64,000 nucleotides of DNA from Clostridia bacterium (GTDB taxonomy: Bacteria; Bacillota; Clostridia; Oscillospirales; CAG-272). The stretch spans positions 19,213 to 83,212 of the forward strand of contig JAFQEJ010000003.1 in the NCBI GenBank assembly GCA_017399105.1, given 5' to 3'. Position numbers and translations under genes: made by a program. The notes beneath the pieces were generated by a model. That model was not told the DNA's origin and ran no database searches. It saw nothing but the letters and a program-made list of their open reading frames with translations. Position 1 is the stretch's first letter. The number at the start of each line of letters is the position of its first letter. Shown in pieces: positions 63,552-64,000 of the stretch.

Positions 63552-64000
63552 TCACTTCAGCTCTGCAACCGATTCACGCTCAATCAGTCTGACCGGTGAA
63601 TAGATCTTTCTGTAGTGATATATACTTCCCCTGATCTGCTCATCCAGCAAATCGACGGCGCAAATACCGAGGTCGGTGAAATTCTGCTTCACCGTCGTCA
63701 GCGGCACCGGCGAGAACTGCACCACATCGTGATCGTCAAAGCCCACAACCGAGCACTGACCGGGCACCGAAATGCCGTGGGAGATCAGATTGCGGATCAG
63801 TGTAATCGAAAGCTGGTCGTTGATGGCGCAGATGGCAGTGATCTTACCGGCGCGCACATCCTCCACAATCTCGGGAATATCGGTAGTTCCGATGTAAAGT
63901 CGGGTATAATCGCCAAGTCCTGCCGCCTTCATCGCCGCACGGTAGCCTGCATAACGCTCACGCTCGGTGCTTCTCTCAAGGACAGCCCCCACAAAGCCGA
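63552..64000 (-). CDS. LacI-family transcriptional regulator, C-terminal sugar-binding domain (5' end lies beyond the window)
   Basis: ..R..GY..A...AG.......I........AI.A.ND..........L...G..VP...SVVGFDD...... pattern. The ORF is open to the window edge. Confidence 0.75.
   Translation of the reverse strand, partial: GFVGAVLERSTERERYAGYRAAMKAAGLGDYTRLYIGTTDIPEIVEDVRAGKITAICAINDQLSITLIRNLISHGISVPGQCSVVGFDDHDVVQFSPVPLTTVKQNFTDLGICAVDLLDEQIRGSIYHYRKIYSPVRLIERESVAELK

Overview
GC-rich chromosomal segment with several sharply AT-rich islets. Gene content points to an anaerobic Firmicutes/Clostridia gut-type organism, possibly Oscillospiraceae/Ruminococcaceae-like: efp next to a CD1247-type gene, DUF3842-cls, a TIGR01212 radical SAM gene, and many T/E/P-rich linkers. 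The left edge (1-3910, minus strand) is a phage packaging module in the order terS, terL, an unknown 583-aa protein, a 42-aa membrane peptide, then the start of a portal gene. The rest mixes housekeeping genes with a large glycan-utilisation complement. Housekeeping genes include rarA, tadA, an EF-G2-like GTPase, a tRNA-Gly/Arg/His operon, efp, pepP, ppa, yqeG, PPK2, cls, ybaK and xylB. The glycan set has three orphan paralogous ~495-aa solute-binding lipoproteins, GH95, a CE7-like esterase, an AraC regulator, a partial LacI regulator, two URO-D-family proteins, a Gfo/Idh/MocA oxidoreductase and a 1108-aa lipoprotein. The most unusual content is a family of secreted, C-terminally membrane-anchored proteins built from an unrecognised ~130-150-aa domain, with six copies in four genes at 43784-50585 and 57868-58743. 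One member is fused through a TM hairpin to a double beta-helix enzyme, and the family has conserved promoters, a 3x19-bp repeat array and mosaic gene-conversion-like identity. Other notable non-coding features are an 8-box DnaA-box cluster plus an AT-rich tract between convergent genes (10383-10790), two families of structured intergenic repeats, 10-bp-phased repeats upstream of terS, and a YoeB/DinJ-type TA cassette bracketed by duplicated terminator hairpins. No CRISPR array, rRNA, intact transposase or recognisable defence system was seen. All functional calls come from reading motifs by eye, with no database search.
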